Counted from the first letter of the stretch, positions 1 through 8,900 are shown. The stretch is 32,000 nt of DNA from an uncultured archaeon (GCA_964373795.1 CAYJVY010000007.1:63591-95590); one strand, 5' to 3'. A program made the numbers and translations. The notes: a model not told the origin generated them from the sequence alone.

Positions 1-1
1 A

Positions 2-766
2 CAAGATATTTGCAAGCCACTTGAATTAAAGGAAAAAGTTCATGAAATTTATAATTTGGCTTCAATTGCTTCTCCAAAATTTTATTATAAGTATCCCATT
101 GAAACTCTACTGGTTGGCTCTGTTGGGGTAAAAAACATGTTGGATTTGGCTTTAAAAAACAATGCAAAGTTTTTGCATTCCTCTACTTCAGAGATTTATG
201 GTGATCCTTTACAGCATCCACAAACTGAAAGTTATTGGGGAAATGTTAATCCAATTGGTGAAAGATCTTGTTATGATGAATCAAAAAGATTTGCAGAAAC
301 ATTAATAATGACTTATCATAGAAAACATTGTTTGAGTTCAAGAATTGTTCGCATTTTCAACACATATGGCCCTAAAATGAGTGAAGGAGATGGAAGAGTT
401 ATTCCAAACTTTATTTCTCAAGCTTTAAGCAATAAACCTTTAACTGTTTATGGTGATGGCTCTCAAACTCGAAGTTTTTGCTATATAGATGACTTAGTTG
501 AAGGCCTTGTTAAAGCAATGAATTCTGAATATAATTTGCCAATTAATTTAGGCAATCCAAATGAGACAACTATTCTTGAACTAGCAAAAAAAATAATTAA
601 GTTAACTGATTCTAAATCTAAAATTAATTTTCTGCCTTTACCTAAAGACGATCCAGCGAAACGCAAACCCGATACTTCTTTAGCAAAAAAAGAATTAAAT
701 TGGCAACCAAAAATTTCTTTAGAAGAAGGTCTTAAAAGATTGTCACATCAAATATCATCTACTTAG
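2..766 (+). CDS. UDP-glucuronate decarboxylase / UDP-xylose synthase-type SDR, 5' end cut by window edge
   Basis: The frame is open from nt 2 (QDICKPLELKEKVHEIYNLASIASP), so the Met at 56 is internal. Family blocks present: SSTSEIYGDP, catalytic YDESK, RIFNTYGPKM, DGRVIPNFI, YGDGSQTRSFCYIDD. TAG stop at 764-766. Confidence 0.85.
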   Translation, partial: QDICKPLELKEKVHEIYNLASIASPKFYYKYPIETLLVGSVGVKNMLDLALKNNAKFLHSSTSEIYGDPLQHPQTESYWGNVNPIGERSCYDESKRFAETLIMTYHRKHCLSSRIVRIFNTYGPKMSEGDGRVIPNFISQALSNKPLTVYGDGSQTRSFCYIDDLVEGLVKAMNSEYNLPINLGNPNETTILELAKKIIKLTDSKSKINFLPLPKDDPAKRKPDTSLAKKELNWQPKISLEEGLKRLSHQISST

Positions 767-771
767 AAGGT

Positions 772-1477
772 ATGTTAGTGAAAGAAAAACCTTTTGCAGT
801 TATTATTCCAACCTATAATGAAGCAAATAATGTTGGTAAATTGATTTCTTTAATTTTTCAACAAAAAATAAACGTTAGATTAATTGTAGTGGATGATGAT
901 TCTCCTGATTTAACTTGGAAAATTGTAAGAAAATTGAATGATAGAAAAATAAAAGTTGTGAGAAGAATTAATGAAAAAGGAGTCGGCAGAGCAATTTTAG
1001 ACGGAATTAAAAAATCTAAGGGAGGGTTAATTCTTTGGATGGATTGTGATTTTGGCATGCGTTCTAAATATATTCCAAAGATGCTGAAAGAAATAAAATA
1101 TTAGGATATTGTAGTTGGTTCCAGATATGTTAAAGGTGGAATGGATAATAGAGATTTTATTAGAAAATTATCTAGTTATATAATAAATTTTTTAGCAAAC
1201 ATTGTTTTGGAACTTATGGTTTTAGATTATACCACTGGTTTTGTTTTAGCAAAAAAACAGGTTTTTAAAAATGTTTCTTTTGATTCGGCTGGACATGGAG
1301 AATATTGTATTGAATTTTTATACAAAGCAAAAAAACAAGGTTTTAAGTTGAAAGAAATTCTTTATGATTAATGAAAGAAGGGTAGGACAGTCCAAAACAA
1401 CTAGATATATTTTTTCAATATTTCTACATACATTCAATTATATCAAAAGAATCATCAAAATAAGATTTAACCTTTAA
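772..1477 (+). pseudogene. Dpm1/GtrB-like GT2 (polyprenyl-phosphate sugar synthase type), disrupted by a nonsense codon and a frameshift
   Basis: ORFs 772-1104 and 1141-1371 share one frame and are separated only by TAG 1102-1104 (KEIKY*DIVVGSRYVKGG). After ~1360 the conserved C-terminal block continues in the +1 frame (INERRVGQSKTTRYIF...) to TAA 1475-1477. GT2 blocks present: IIPTYNE, VVDDDSPD, MDCDF, GSRY, ERRxGxSK. Confidence 0.75.
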
Positions 1478-1504
1478 TGGCGTTTAAAATCTTTATACTG
1501 GAGG

Positions 1505-2157
1505 TTAGTGGGAAATATATCCCACAGCAATTGCATTGGCACAAGAATATGGCGCAGAATATTTTAAATTTTGAATATCCTCCAGTGTAACTTCTTTCCA
1601 AATGTTCCAATGGGAAATTCTTTTTAAGTAATATTGTGAGGTGAATCCAATTCTTTTATTCTTAATAGCGACATCAAGATTTGGGTTATATCCAAGTGGA
1701 ATTGTTACAAAAATTTTTCCACGCTTTTTTAAATGTTTTTTTAACTTTTTTATTGCTCTAAAAATTTTTTTTGGTTCTTTTGGAGTTTCATCAAATCCAA
1801 TATGTTCTAAAGTGGAAACACTAATTATTAAATCATATTTTTTTTAGGCTTGAAATTAACTATGTCTTCGTTAATTACTCCTTCAGCTTTTTCATATTTA
1901 TCAACAATGTCATGTTTAAATGGAAAATATTGTGATAAAACATTACCAACTTCTAAAATATTGCCTTTTTGGCAAGAATGAATCTCACTTAATGCAAGTG
2001 GGATTTCTACAGCTCTTTCATTTCTCCACACCATATTAAGCCAATTACAACAGTACTTATATTTTTTATTCCTAAAAATAAAACTAGGGCCAATGATTTT
2101 ATATAAGAAAAAAAAAGATCTAAGAATTAAATATTTAATATTTAAAAATAATGTCAT
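1505..2157 (-). pseudogene. Class I SAM-dependent methyltransferase split by a frameshift in a homopolymer
   Basis: ORF 1828-2157 (ERAVEIPLA..ILEVGN..IVDKYE..VINEDIVNFKPKK) stops just after a T8 run at 1838-1845 (A8 on the coding strand). A second minus-strand frame continues YDLIISVSTLEHIGFDETPKEPKKIF..GKIFVTIPLGYNP.. to the stop at 1505-1507. Removing one base from the run joins the two as NFKPKKYDLIISVSTLEH. Confidence 0.65.
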
Positions 2158-2434
2158 ACTTTTAATTAGATTATTAAATATTTAAAAATGTAGTCACGAT
2201 TTCTTGTAAAAAAGTGTTTCCTATTTGTAAACAATAGATATGTTTCTTTAGAAGAAGGATTAAAGAAGTTAATTAAAGAAAGAAATTTTTGATGACCGTC
2301 TTACTGAAGATTGTATGTGAAGCAATTACAGAGAATATAGTAAAAAATGGGATTTAATCGAAAACTGGTTCATTTCGTTATTACTTAAATTTAAAATACT
2401 TTCAAAGAAATAATCATTCTATTAAGTGGTTTGA

Positions 2435-2857
2435 ATGAAAGAACAAATTAAAGATTTGAAAGTTTTTTTGGATGATCGCGGAAGTTTGTTTGAAGCTTTA
2501 AGAGTTGATGATAAAATTTTTGACACTGAATTTGCCCAATTAACTGTTGCAACTGTTTTTCCTGGAGTTGTAAAAGCATGGCATAGGCATCAAAAACAAA
2601 CCGATTTTATGGTTTGTGTGAAAGGAAACATTAAATTATGCTTAACTGAGAATGGTAAAGACATTAGAACATATTTTTTAGGAGAAAAAAATCCAATTTT
2701 AATTAAGATTCCAAAAAAACTTTGGCACGGATATATTTGTATTGGAGATCAATCAGCAATAGTTCTTTATGTAACAAATCAAACATATAATAAAGAAGAT
2801 GAAGAAAGATTAGATTGGCAAGCATTTGGAGATGTTTGGGCTATTAAAAACAAATGA
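2435..2857 (+). CDS. Short RmlC-like cupin (dTDP-4-dehydrorhamnose 3,5-epimerase family)
   Basis: 140 aa. DDRGSLFE near the N-terminus, KAWHRHQKQTDFMVCVKGNIKL and IPKKLWHGY match the RmlC pattern D-RG-F-E / RGLH-Q / G-v / iP-G-aHG. The exact activity (3,5-epimerase, mono-epimerase or isomerase) is not resolvable by eye. Confidence 0.65.
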   Translation: MKEQIKDLKVFLDDRGSLFEALRVDDKIFDTEFAQLTVATVFPGVVKAWHRHQKQTDFMVCVKGNIKLCLTENGKDIRTYFLGEKNPILIKIPKKLWHGYICIGDQSAIVLYVTNQTYNKEDEERLDWQAFGDVWAIKNK

Positions 2858-2866
2858 GGTTAATTT

Positions 2867-4666
2867 TTGATGGACTTTAAAAAATTAGAAACCTTTCTTC
2901 TTTTAAAAAAAAACACTTTTTTACTATTTTTTATAATTTTACTTTATTTATTTTTATTTTTAAATCATTTTTCGACTTTATTTTTTGATGATTTAGGTTT
3001 TGATTTTGCAGGTTATGCACAAAGATATCATTTTGCTTTTCGCGGTTGGGTTCATGAGCTATTAAATGGGGTTCCAGCTTCAACTTTCGATCCTTTTTTG
3101 CCTGCTTTACTGCCACTATTTATCAAATCTTTTGGATTTGGTTCCTTTACTTTGCCTATTTCAATTAGCTTACTTTTAGTGAAATTATTAATTCCATTAA
3201 TTTTTGGTTTTATTGCTTTAAAGCTTGGGAAAAACAAGTTTTTTGGAGTTTTGCTTGGATTAATTTTTGTTTTAAATCCAATTACATTTAATTTTTTAAA
3301 TAGATATTATGAATTGGTTTCATGGATGTTTTTTATTTTAGCATTTTACTTTATTTATGTTTTTTTGGAATCAAAGGAATTCAATAAAAAATATTTCATT
3401 TTGTCAATTCTTTTTACAACTTTATCTTCTTTAAGTCATTTAAGTTCACTTTTTTTTCTTTTAAGTTCATCAATTTTTTTAATTACTTCTTTAAAGGACT
3501 TAAAAAAAGTTTTAAGTATTTACATTTTTTCTTTTCTTATTGGAGCGTTTTGGTTTATCCCATTTTTATCTTACATAAATTTCTCTGTTTTAATTAATTT
3601 AACTGGAAGTAAATTGAAAACCTTTGGAATAATTTCTTCAAGCGTTTTCCTTATAATTATTTTATTTATTTTATTGTTTTGGCTTAATACTGTAAAAGGC
3701 AAAACATCTAGATTAAGAAATTTTGTTTTAGGTATTTTAGTTTTATCTTTGGCTCAATTTTTTTTCAGTGAGTTTTCACTAATTAACAAACCATTTATTC
3801 ACAGTTACCATGTTTTTTACATTTTTGCAATTATTTTTGTTTTACTTAATTATTTTAATTTAAGTCTTTTAACTAAAAAAAATATTGCAGTTTTTGTAAT
3901 TCTTTTTTTTGTTCCAACAATCTTTTTGTGGCCAAAGATTTCCGAACAATACTTTCAACTTCAACCAAGATTAAGCAATTATTCTATTTATAATGAAAAA
4001 ATCGATTTTAGTGAAATTGATTTAATTCTTCAAAGAATTCCAAAAAATGTCAGGTATGAATCTTTTCCTTATGATCCAATTATTTCATCTTATTCTTCCA
4101 CTAAATATGGTTTGATGAATTTGTTTGGATGGGGTTACAATGCATATCATATAAAAAATAGCTATAAAGCTCCTGAAGAACTGTTAGATCCTATAAAAAC
4201 AACCTGTGAAGACCTGCAAAAATACGTTAAATTCAATGCATTAAAATATTTAATTGTTTTAAATAATTCTGCTTTTAATAAGTCAGTTGAATGTGGATTT
4301 AAAGAAATTCACAAAGATGGAAAGGTTTTACTTGTTGAGTGGCCAGAAGAAGTTAGTTTAATTGAAAATGGAGAATTATTAGAGTTAAAAGAAAATTTCA
4401 TTAAATTTGAAGCTAATCCTCCTTTAACTAAAATGAAAATGAGTTTTTTTCCTCGTTGGAACGCTTATATTGAAGGAAAAAAATTAGAAATAAAAAATGC
4501 AAATCCTGGAATGCAAATGGAAATTTATTCATCTTCAATTGTTGAATTAAGATATGAAAAAACTTTGATTGATTTGATTGGGGTTACATTGTCAATAATT
4601 TCTTTGCTTGGGTTAATTTTTTATTGGTTTTTTGGACTGCCTAAAATTGAAAGACTAATGCAGTAA
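2867..4666 (+). CDS. Polytopic membrane protein, putative GT-C-fold glycosyltransferase (YfhO/AglS-like architecture)
   Basis: 599 aa. About a dozen hydrophobic segments, with an acidic first-loop motif FFDDLGFDF. A soluble C-terminal domain ends in FFPRWNAYIEGKKLEIKNANPGMQMEIYSSSIVELRYEKT followed by one last TM helix, a pattern typical of YfhO-type GT-C proteins. The function call is by architecture only. Confidence 0.5.
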   Translation: MMDFKKLETFLLLKKNTFLLFFIILLYLFLFLNHFSTLFFDDLGFDFAGYAQRYHFAFRGWVHELLNGVPASTFDPFLPALLPLFIKSFGFGSFTLPISISLLLVKLLIPLIFGFIALKLGKNKFFGVLLGLIFVLNPITFNFLNRYYELVSWMFFILAFYFIYVFLESKEFNKKYFILSILFTTLSSLSHLSSLFFLLSSSIFLITSLKDLKKVLSIYIFSFLIGAFWFIPFLSYINFSVLINLTGSKLKTFGIISSSVFLIIILFILLFWLNTVKGKTSRLRNFVLGILVLSLAQFFFSEFSLINKPFIHSYHVFYIFAIIFVLLNYFNLSLLTKKNIAVFVILFFVPTIFLWPKISEQYFQLQPRLSNYSIYNEKIDFSEIDLILQRIPKNVRYESFPYDPIISSYSSTKYGLMNLFGWGYNAYHIKNSYKAPEELLDPIKTTCEDLQKYVKFNALKYLIVLNNSAFNKSVECGFKEIHKDGKVLLVEWPEEVSLIENGELLELKENFIKFEANPPLTKMKMSFFPRWNAYIEGKKLEIKNANPGMQMEIYSSSIVELRYEKTLIDLIGVTLSIISLLGLIFYWFFGLPKIERLMQ

Positions 4667-5587
4667 AATTAATGCCCACATTTCAAAACCTGTTTTCAAG
4701 CCTTTAATTATGTCACTTCCAACTCCTTTGCTTTCTCCAATTCTTTTCTTGAAAGTGATTGGAATTTCAATTACTCGTAAATCGTTTTTTAATGCAATTA
4801 AAATCATGTGAGGAGAAAAAGAATTTCCAGTTACAGTTAATTGATTAATTATTTTGTCTAATGCTTCAGGGCGAATAACTCTAAAAGTTGTTCCAACATC
4901 TGTTAATCTTAATTTATCCCAATAACGTAGTTGAATTAATTTTGACAAAAATAGGTTTCCATATCTAATGAATGGAGTTACTTGTGAATCAGAGTTAACT
5001 AATTCTTCAGTTGTTCGAGTTCCAACAACTATGTCAACATTTTCAATGTATGCAACCAATTTTTTCAAGTCAGCTGAAGAGTAAGTGCAGTCTCCTTCAA
5101 CCAAGCAAATTAAGTTTCCATATTTTCTTGCTTCTTTTAATGCTCTAATGCATGCAGCACCATATCCTTGGGTTGACTCTTTTACTACTATTGCTCCTGC
5201 TTTTTTTGCTTCTAAAGCAGTATTATCAATGCAGTTATTGTCTATTACAATTATCTTTTCCACTTCTTTTAATTGTTTAAAGTCTTTAACTGCTCTTCCA
5301 ATAGCTTTTTCATCATTGTATGCAGTCATTCCTATAGAAATTTGTGGGTTTTTAATTGGTTCAAACTTAAATTTTTTTTTATGTGGAAAAAAGATTGTGG
5401 GAATAAATAAATCCACAAAGACAGCAATAAATGCAATGAATGCGAAAATATTTGCAGCAAAAATTAAGTTGTTTGTTAAAGGAAAATTAACTTTTAATAA
5501 AGTTAAAACAAATGCTAAAAAATATAATATATAAAAAAATATTCCGGCTAAAAAAAAGTGGAAACCATATAAAAGAATTCTTCCCAT
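4655..5587 (-). CDS. Membrane-anchored GT2 glycosyltransferase (AglD/CsbB/GtrB-like polyprenyl-phosphate sugar synthase type)
   Basis: Two N-terminal TM helices, then ISIGMTAYNDEKAIG, IIVIDNNCIDNT, QGYGAA, EGDCTY, VVGTRT and FKKRIGESKG (GT2 DxD and ERxxGxSK-type blocks). Its 3' end overlaps the convergent gene by 12 nt. Confidence 0.8.
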   Translation of the reverse strand: MGRILLYGFHFFLAGIFFYILYFLAFVLTLLKVNFPLTNNLIFAANIFAFIAFIAVFVDLFIPTIFFPHKKKFKFEPIKNPQISIGMTAYNDEKAIGRAVKDFKQLKEVEKIIVIDNNCIDNTALEAKKAGAIVVKESTQGYGAACIRALKEARKYGNLICLVEGDCTYSSADLKKLVAYIENVDIVVGTRTTEELVNSDSQVTPFIRYGNLFLSKLIQLRYWDKLRLTDVGTTFRVIRPEALDKIINQLTVTGNSFSPHMILIALKNDLRVIEIPITFKKRIGESKGVGSDIIKGLKTGFEMWALILLH

Positions 5588-5698
5588 GCAAAACTTAGCT
5601 TGACAAACTTTTTTAAAGATATTTATGTTTCACGAAGAAATAAAAATATTTTCAATCAATTAATCTAATACTTGCTTTTAAATTAATTTAGTGATTTT

Positions 5699-6583
5699 TT
5701 GTCGAAGAAAATTTTAATTCTTGGAGAAGGTTTTTTAGGAACAAAACTTAATTCTAAATTAATTGAAGCAGGTTTTAATTCACTTGCAGTAAGTCCTTCT
5801 CATTTGAAATATAAAGTTGATATAACTATTCCAACTCAATTAAAAACAATATTCAATTCATTTAAGCCAGACATAGTAGTTCTAGTTGCAGCAATAACTG
5901 ATGTTGATTTTTGTGAAAAAAATAAAGATTTAGCTTCAAAAATTAATATTGAAGGAGTCAAAAATGTTGTTGAGGCATGTAAATCTCTTGGTTGTAAATT
6001 GATTTTTATTTCAACAGATTCTGTTTTTGATGGTAAAAAAGGCAATTACTTTGAATCAGACCAAGTGAATCCAATTAACCATTATAGTTTGACTAAGGTT
6101 GAAGGAGAAAAACTTGTTTCAACTCTTAGTGATTATCTTATTTTGAGGGTAGCGGCTCTCTATGGTTTTAATCATTTAGTTAATAGAAAAACTTTTGTTA
6201 ACTGGATTATTGATTCATTAAAAAATGGTAAAAAAATTGACATAGTTACTGATCAAATGATGTGTCCAACTTTAATTGACGATATTGGTAATGCAATAAT
6301 TTCATTAGTGAATCAAAATGAAAAAGGTTTATTTCATTGCTCTGGAAGTGAAGCAGTTTCAAAATACGATTTTGCTCAAAAAATTGCTAAAGTTTTTGAT
6401 TTAGATTCATCTCTTATTCAAGAAACGACTTCTGCAATATTAAAACAAACTGCTTTAAGACCTCATAATATTTCTTTAAATATTTCAAAGCTTGAAAGCA
6501 AGGGAATTAAAATGCATGGTTGTTTGCAGGGATTAAAAATTATGAAAAAACAAATGAATGAATTAATTGAATTGAATAAATAA
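5699..6583 (+). CDS. rmlD: dTDP-4-dehydrorhamnose reductase
   Basis: KILILGEGFLGTKL Rossmann start, PDIVVLVAAITDVDFCE, FISTDSVFDGKKGNYFE, catalytic YSLTK, DQMMCPT. TTG start at 5699 as in the ORF track. Confidence 0.85.
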   Translation: MSKKILILGEGFLGTKLNSKLIEAGFNSLAVSPSHLKYKVDITIPTQLKTIFNSFKPDIVVLVAAITDVDFCEKNKDLASKINIEGVKNVVEACKSLGCKLIFISTDSVFDGKKGNYFESDQVNPINHYSLTKVEGEKLVSTLSDYLILRVAALYGFNHLVNRKTFVNWIIDSLKNGKKIDIVTDQMMCPTLIDDIGNAIISLVNQNEKGLFHCSGSEAVSKYDFAQKIAKVFDLDSSLIQETTSAILKQTALRPHNISLNISKLESKGIKMHGCLQGLKIMKKQMNELIELNK

Positions 6584-6586
6584 TTC

Positions 6587-7801
6587 TTAAACTATTTCTG
6601 GAAAAGGAATTGGAATAATAAATTTTCCTTTAAATCCTTTTTCTTTGAGTTTTGGAATAATTATATGTTTAATATTCCAAGCCAAAAGTAAAGCATATTC
6701 AGGTTGGTCTTCAAATAACTGTTTTTCGTCTATTACTTTAATATGCATTCCAGGACTATATTTTCCTATTTTTAATTCATTTCTTTCACAAAGATAATCT
6801 AAAATAAATGGCCCTATTTTGCAAAAATTTAGTAAAGTATTTCCTTTTGCTGGAGCGCCTATTCCTACAATTTTTTTGCCTTTTGATTTTAAATCATTTA
6901 CTATGTCTAACAATTTTTGTCTGTTTTCTACAACTTTTTGCCCAAATTTTGTAAAAGTTTCTTTTGTATACAATCCTGCTTTTTCCTCTTCCATTAATGT
7001 TTTTGAAACATTTTCAATTATTTTGTATGCATTTTTTTTGCAAGCATATACTCTTAGCGAACCTCCATGAGTATCAACTCTTTTAACGTCAAAAACATCC
7101 AAGCCATATTTATTGAACAAATAAATTAATGGTTTTAATGAATAATACCTTAAATGTTCTGCATAAATTGAGTCGTATTCCATTTCATGAATTAAATCCA
7201 ATAAATAATGGGATTCTTCAATGAATACTCCGTCATTTGTTAATAGTAATTTTATTCCTTTCATTAAAGAATCTAGTTCTCTTACATGAGCGAAAACATT
7301 TGTTGCAGTTATAATTTTTGCTTTACCATTTTCTTTTAAAATTTTTTTTGCAGTTTCTTCATTAAAAAATTCAGGTAAAGTTGGAATTCCTTTTTTTACA
7401 GCTATTTTTGCTGCTTCGGATGGATCAACTCCTAATATTTTTATTTTATCAGGTAAATAAGCTTCTAATAGGGTTCCATCGTTTGAACCAATATCTATAA
7501 CAAAGTCTTTTGATGAAAGATTAAATCTTGGAATTGCTTCTTTAACTAGTGCATGAAAATTGTCTTTTAAGTTTTTGTTTTCTCCAGTAAGATATACAAA
7601 GCTATCAGTGAATAGAATTTTTGGGTCAACTGCATAACCTGTTTGAACTAGTTTACATTTTTCACAAAAAAACAAGTCTAATGGATAATGTGTTTCAGGT
7701 TTTATTAATTCTTCTTTGCTTAAAAATTTATCACTTGGAGGTTGATGCCCTAAAGATAGTACTTTAATTAAGTTTTCGTTTTCACAAACTTGGCATTTCA
7801 T
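6587..7801 (-). CDS. NDP-hexose C-methyltransferase (TylCIII-like: N-terminal Cys4 zinc ribbon + class I MT + C-methyltransferase C-terminal domain)
   Basis: CQVCENENL...FFCEKCKLVQ zinc ribbon, VIDIGSNDGTLL SAM motif I, ATNVFAHV, EHLRYYS, GKFIIPIPFP C-terminus. Sits 2 nt downstream of the SDR gene 7804-8796. Confidence 0.8.
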   Translation of the reverse strand: MKCQVCENENLIKVLSLGHQPPSDKFLSKEELIKPETHYPLDLFFCEKCKLVQTGYAVDPKILFTDSFVYLTGENKNLKDNFHALVKEAIPRFNLSSKDFVIDIGSNDGTLLEAYLPDKIKILGVDPSEAAKIAVKKGIPTLPEFFNEETAKKILKENGKAKIITATNVFAHVRELDSLMKGIKLLLTNDGVFIEESHYLLDLIHEMEYDSIYAEHLRYYSLKPLIYLFNKYGLDVFDVKRVDTHGGSLRVYACKKNAYKIIENVSKTLMEEEKAGLYTKETFTKFGQKVVENRQKLLDIVNDLKSKGKKIVGIGAPAKGNTLLNFCKIGPFILDYLCERNELKIGKYSPGMHIKVIDEKQLFEDQPEYALLLAWNIKHIIIPKLKEKGFKGKFIIPIPFPEIV

Positions 7802-7803
7802 TT

Positions 7804-8796
7804 TTATTTCCCCTTTTTATTAAAGTATTTTTCATACCATTTAAAAGTTTTTCCAAGTCCTTCATCTAAATTTGTTTTTGGTTTAAAACCTAAATCTACA
7901 AGCCTTGATATATCTGGGCATCTTCTTGAAACACTTCCTTTTGGAGCTGGATGAATGTCTATTTCTGGATTTACGTTTGCAATTGTGAAAATTTTTTTTG
8001 CTAAATTCATTATTTTGATTTCTTCATCACTTCTTCCAATGTGAATTGTTTGAGCAGTTGTTTTAGGGCTTTCCATTACAATTTGTGTTGCTTCAATTGC
8101 GTCATCAATGAAGCAAAAAGTTCTAGTTTCTTGCCCTCCAAATATTTTGAATGGATTTTCTTTTTTCACTATTCGTTCAATAAATTGAGGAATTACATGT
8201 TCTTCCCCCATTCGCGGACCATAAATATTGTGATATCTGATAATGCAAAAATTCATTTTATGCAAATGGTGGTAACAATTTAATGTTACTTCATTCATTA
8301 TTTTGCTTGCGCCGTATGACCATCTAACATTTGATGGATTATCAATGCAGAGGGGAACGTTTTCTGGAGTTGGAATTGGGAATTTTTTTCCTAAAATCTT
8401 TAAAGTTCCTGCATAGGTTTCAGAACTTGAAGAAAACAATATTTTTCCGTGCTTTGATTTAACAAACCAATCCAATAAATTGATTGTTCCAATTACTCCT
8501 ACTTTAATTACTTTGTCTGGAATTTTGTAAAAATTTTCAGTTCCATTAATTGCAGCTAAATGGTAAACAAAATCATATTTTTTTTCTAATTTTGAAAATT
8601 CATTTGCATTAGTAATATCCATTTTAATGAAATCAGTGTTTTTGTTTTCTAAGAGTTGTTTAAACTCTTTATCTTTTTTTCCTCTAGCAAAATTATCCAT
8701 TATGGTTACATGGTATTTTTCTGCTAATTTTTTGGATAAATGAAATCCAATAAATCCTGCTCCGCCTGTAACTAAAACAGTTTTTAATGTATTCAT
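7804..8796 (-). CDS. NAD-dependent nucleotide-sugar epimerase/dehydratase/reductase (extended SDR)
   Basis: VLVTGGAGFIGFHL Rossmann motif, SSSETYG, catalytic YGASK, IRYHNIYGPRM. Substrate not resolvable. The promoter and first 17 codons are duplicated at 21017-21180. Confidence 0.85.
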   Translation of the reverse strand: MNTLKTVLVTGGAGFIGFHLSKKLAEKYHVTIMDNFARGKKDKEFKQLLENKNTDFIKMDITNANEFSKLEKKYDFVYHLAAINGTENFYKIPDKVIKVGVIGTINLLDWFVKSKHGKILFSSSSETYAGTLKILGKKFPIPTPENVPLCIDNPSNVRWSYGASKIMNEVTLNCYHHLHKMNFCIIRYHNIYGPRMGEEHVIPQFIERIVKKENPFKIFGGQETRTFCFIDDAIEATQIVMESPKTTAQTIHIGRSDEEIKIMNLAKKIFTIANVNPEIDIHPAPKGSVSRRCPDISRLVDLGFKPKTNLDEGLGKTFKWYEKYFNKKGK

Positions 8797-8900
8797 GTTA
8801 TTATTTAACTAGAAGTTAAAGTTTTTATATCCTAGTAATACAAACTTGTAATACTTGTTTTAAGTAATTGTTTGAGTTTTTGTACTAATAAACCTTTTTA
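8747..8900 (-). repeat. Promoter + first 17 codons of SDR gene 7804-8796; inverted copy of 21017-21180
   Basis: The reverse complement aligns with 21017-21180. There is a ~40-nt distal block (1 substitution + 1 indel), a 26-nt equal-length diverged centre, and a ~99-nt proximal block with ~4 differences that includes the TATA box, the ATG and MNTLKTVLVTGGAGFIG. Confidence 0.85.
8821..8830 (-). promoter_or_regulatory. TATA box candidate for SDR gene 7804-8796
   Basis: The same ATATAAAAAC (minus strand) is centred ~30 nt upstream of the ATG (one base less spacer than at 21096-21105). Confidence 0.5.

Noticed and set aside
1102-1104. In-frame TAG as possible stop-codon recoding (pyrrolysine or reassigned TAG)
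   Set aside because: TAG clearly terminates other genes here (764-766, 24579-24581). The same gene also carries a frameshift, and no pyl genes are visible. An ordinary nonsense mutation is the simpler reading.
5085-5534. 149-aa plus-strand ORF, and similar track ORFs (481-666, 858-1058, 1641-1847, 2931-3237, 5836-6045, 6819-7070, 8041-8283, 9076-9294, 10633-10818, 11022-11431, 11949-12182, 12871-13566, 14679-14900, 16915-17220, 17425-17661, 23341-23732, 26057-26317, 28289-28795, 29694-30173, 31525-31734)
   Set aside because: All lie antisense to, or out of frame within, genes with strong family signatures. Their translations are low-complexity shadows typical of AT-rich DNA.
6599-6637. 39-nt stretch 38/39 identical to 12388-12426 (inverted), possible gene conversion between the two C-methyltransferases
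   Set aside because: It encodes the family-conserved GFKGKFIIPIPFP C-terminus. With the strong A/T-ending codon bias of this genome, identical amino acids give near-identical DNA, and identity does not extend beyond the motif.
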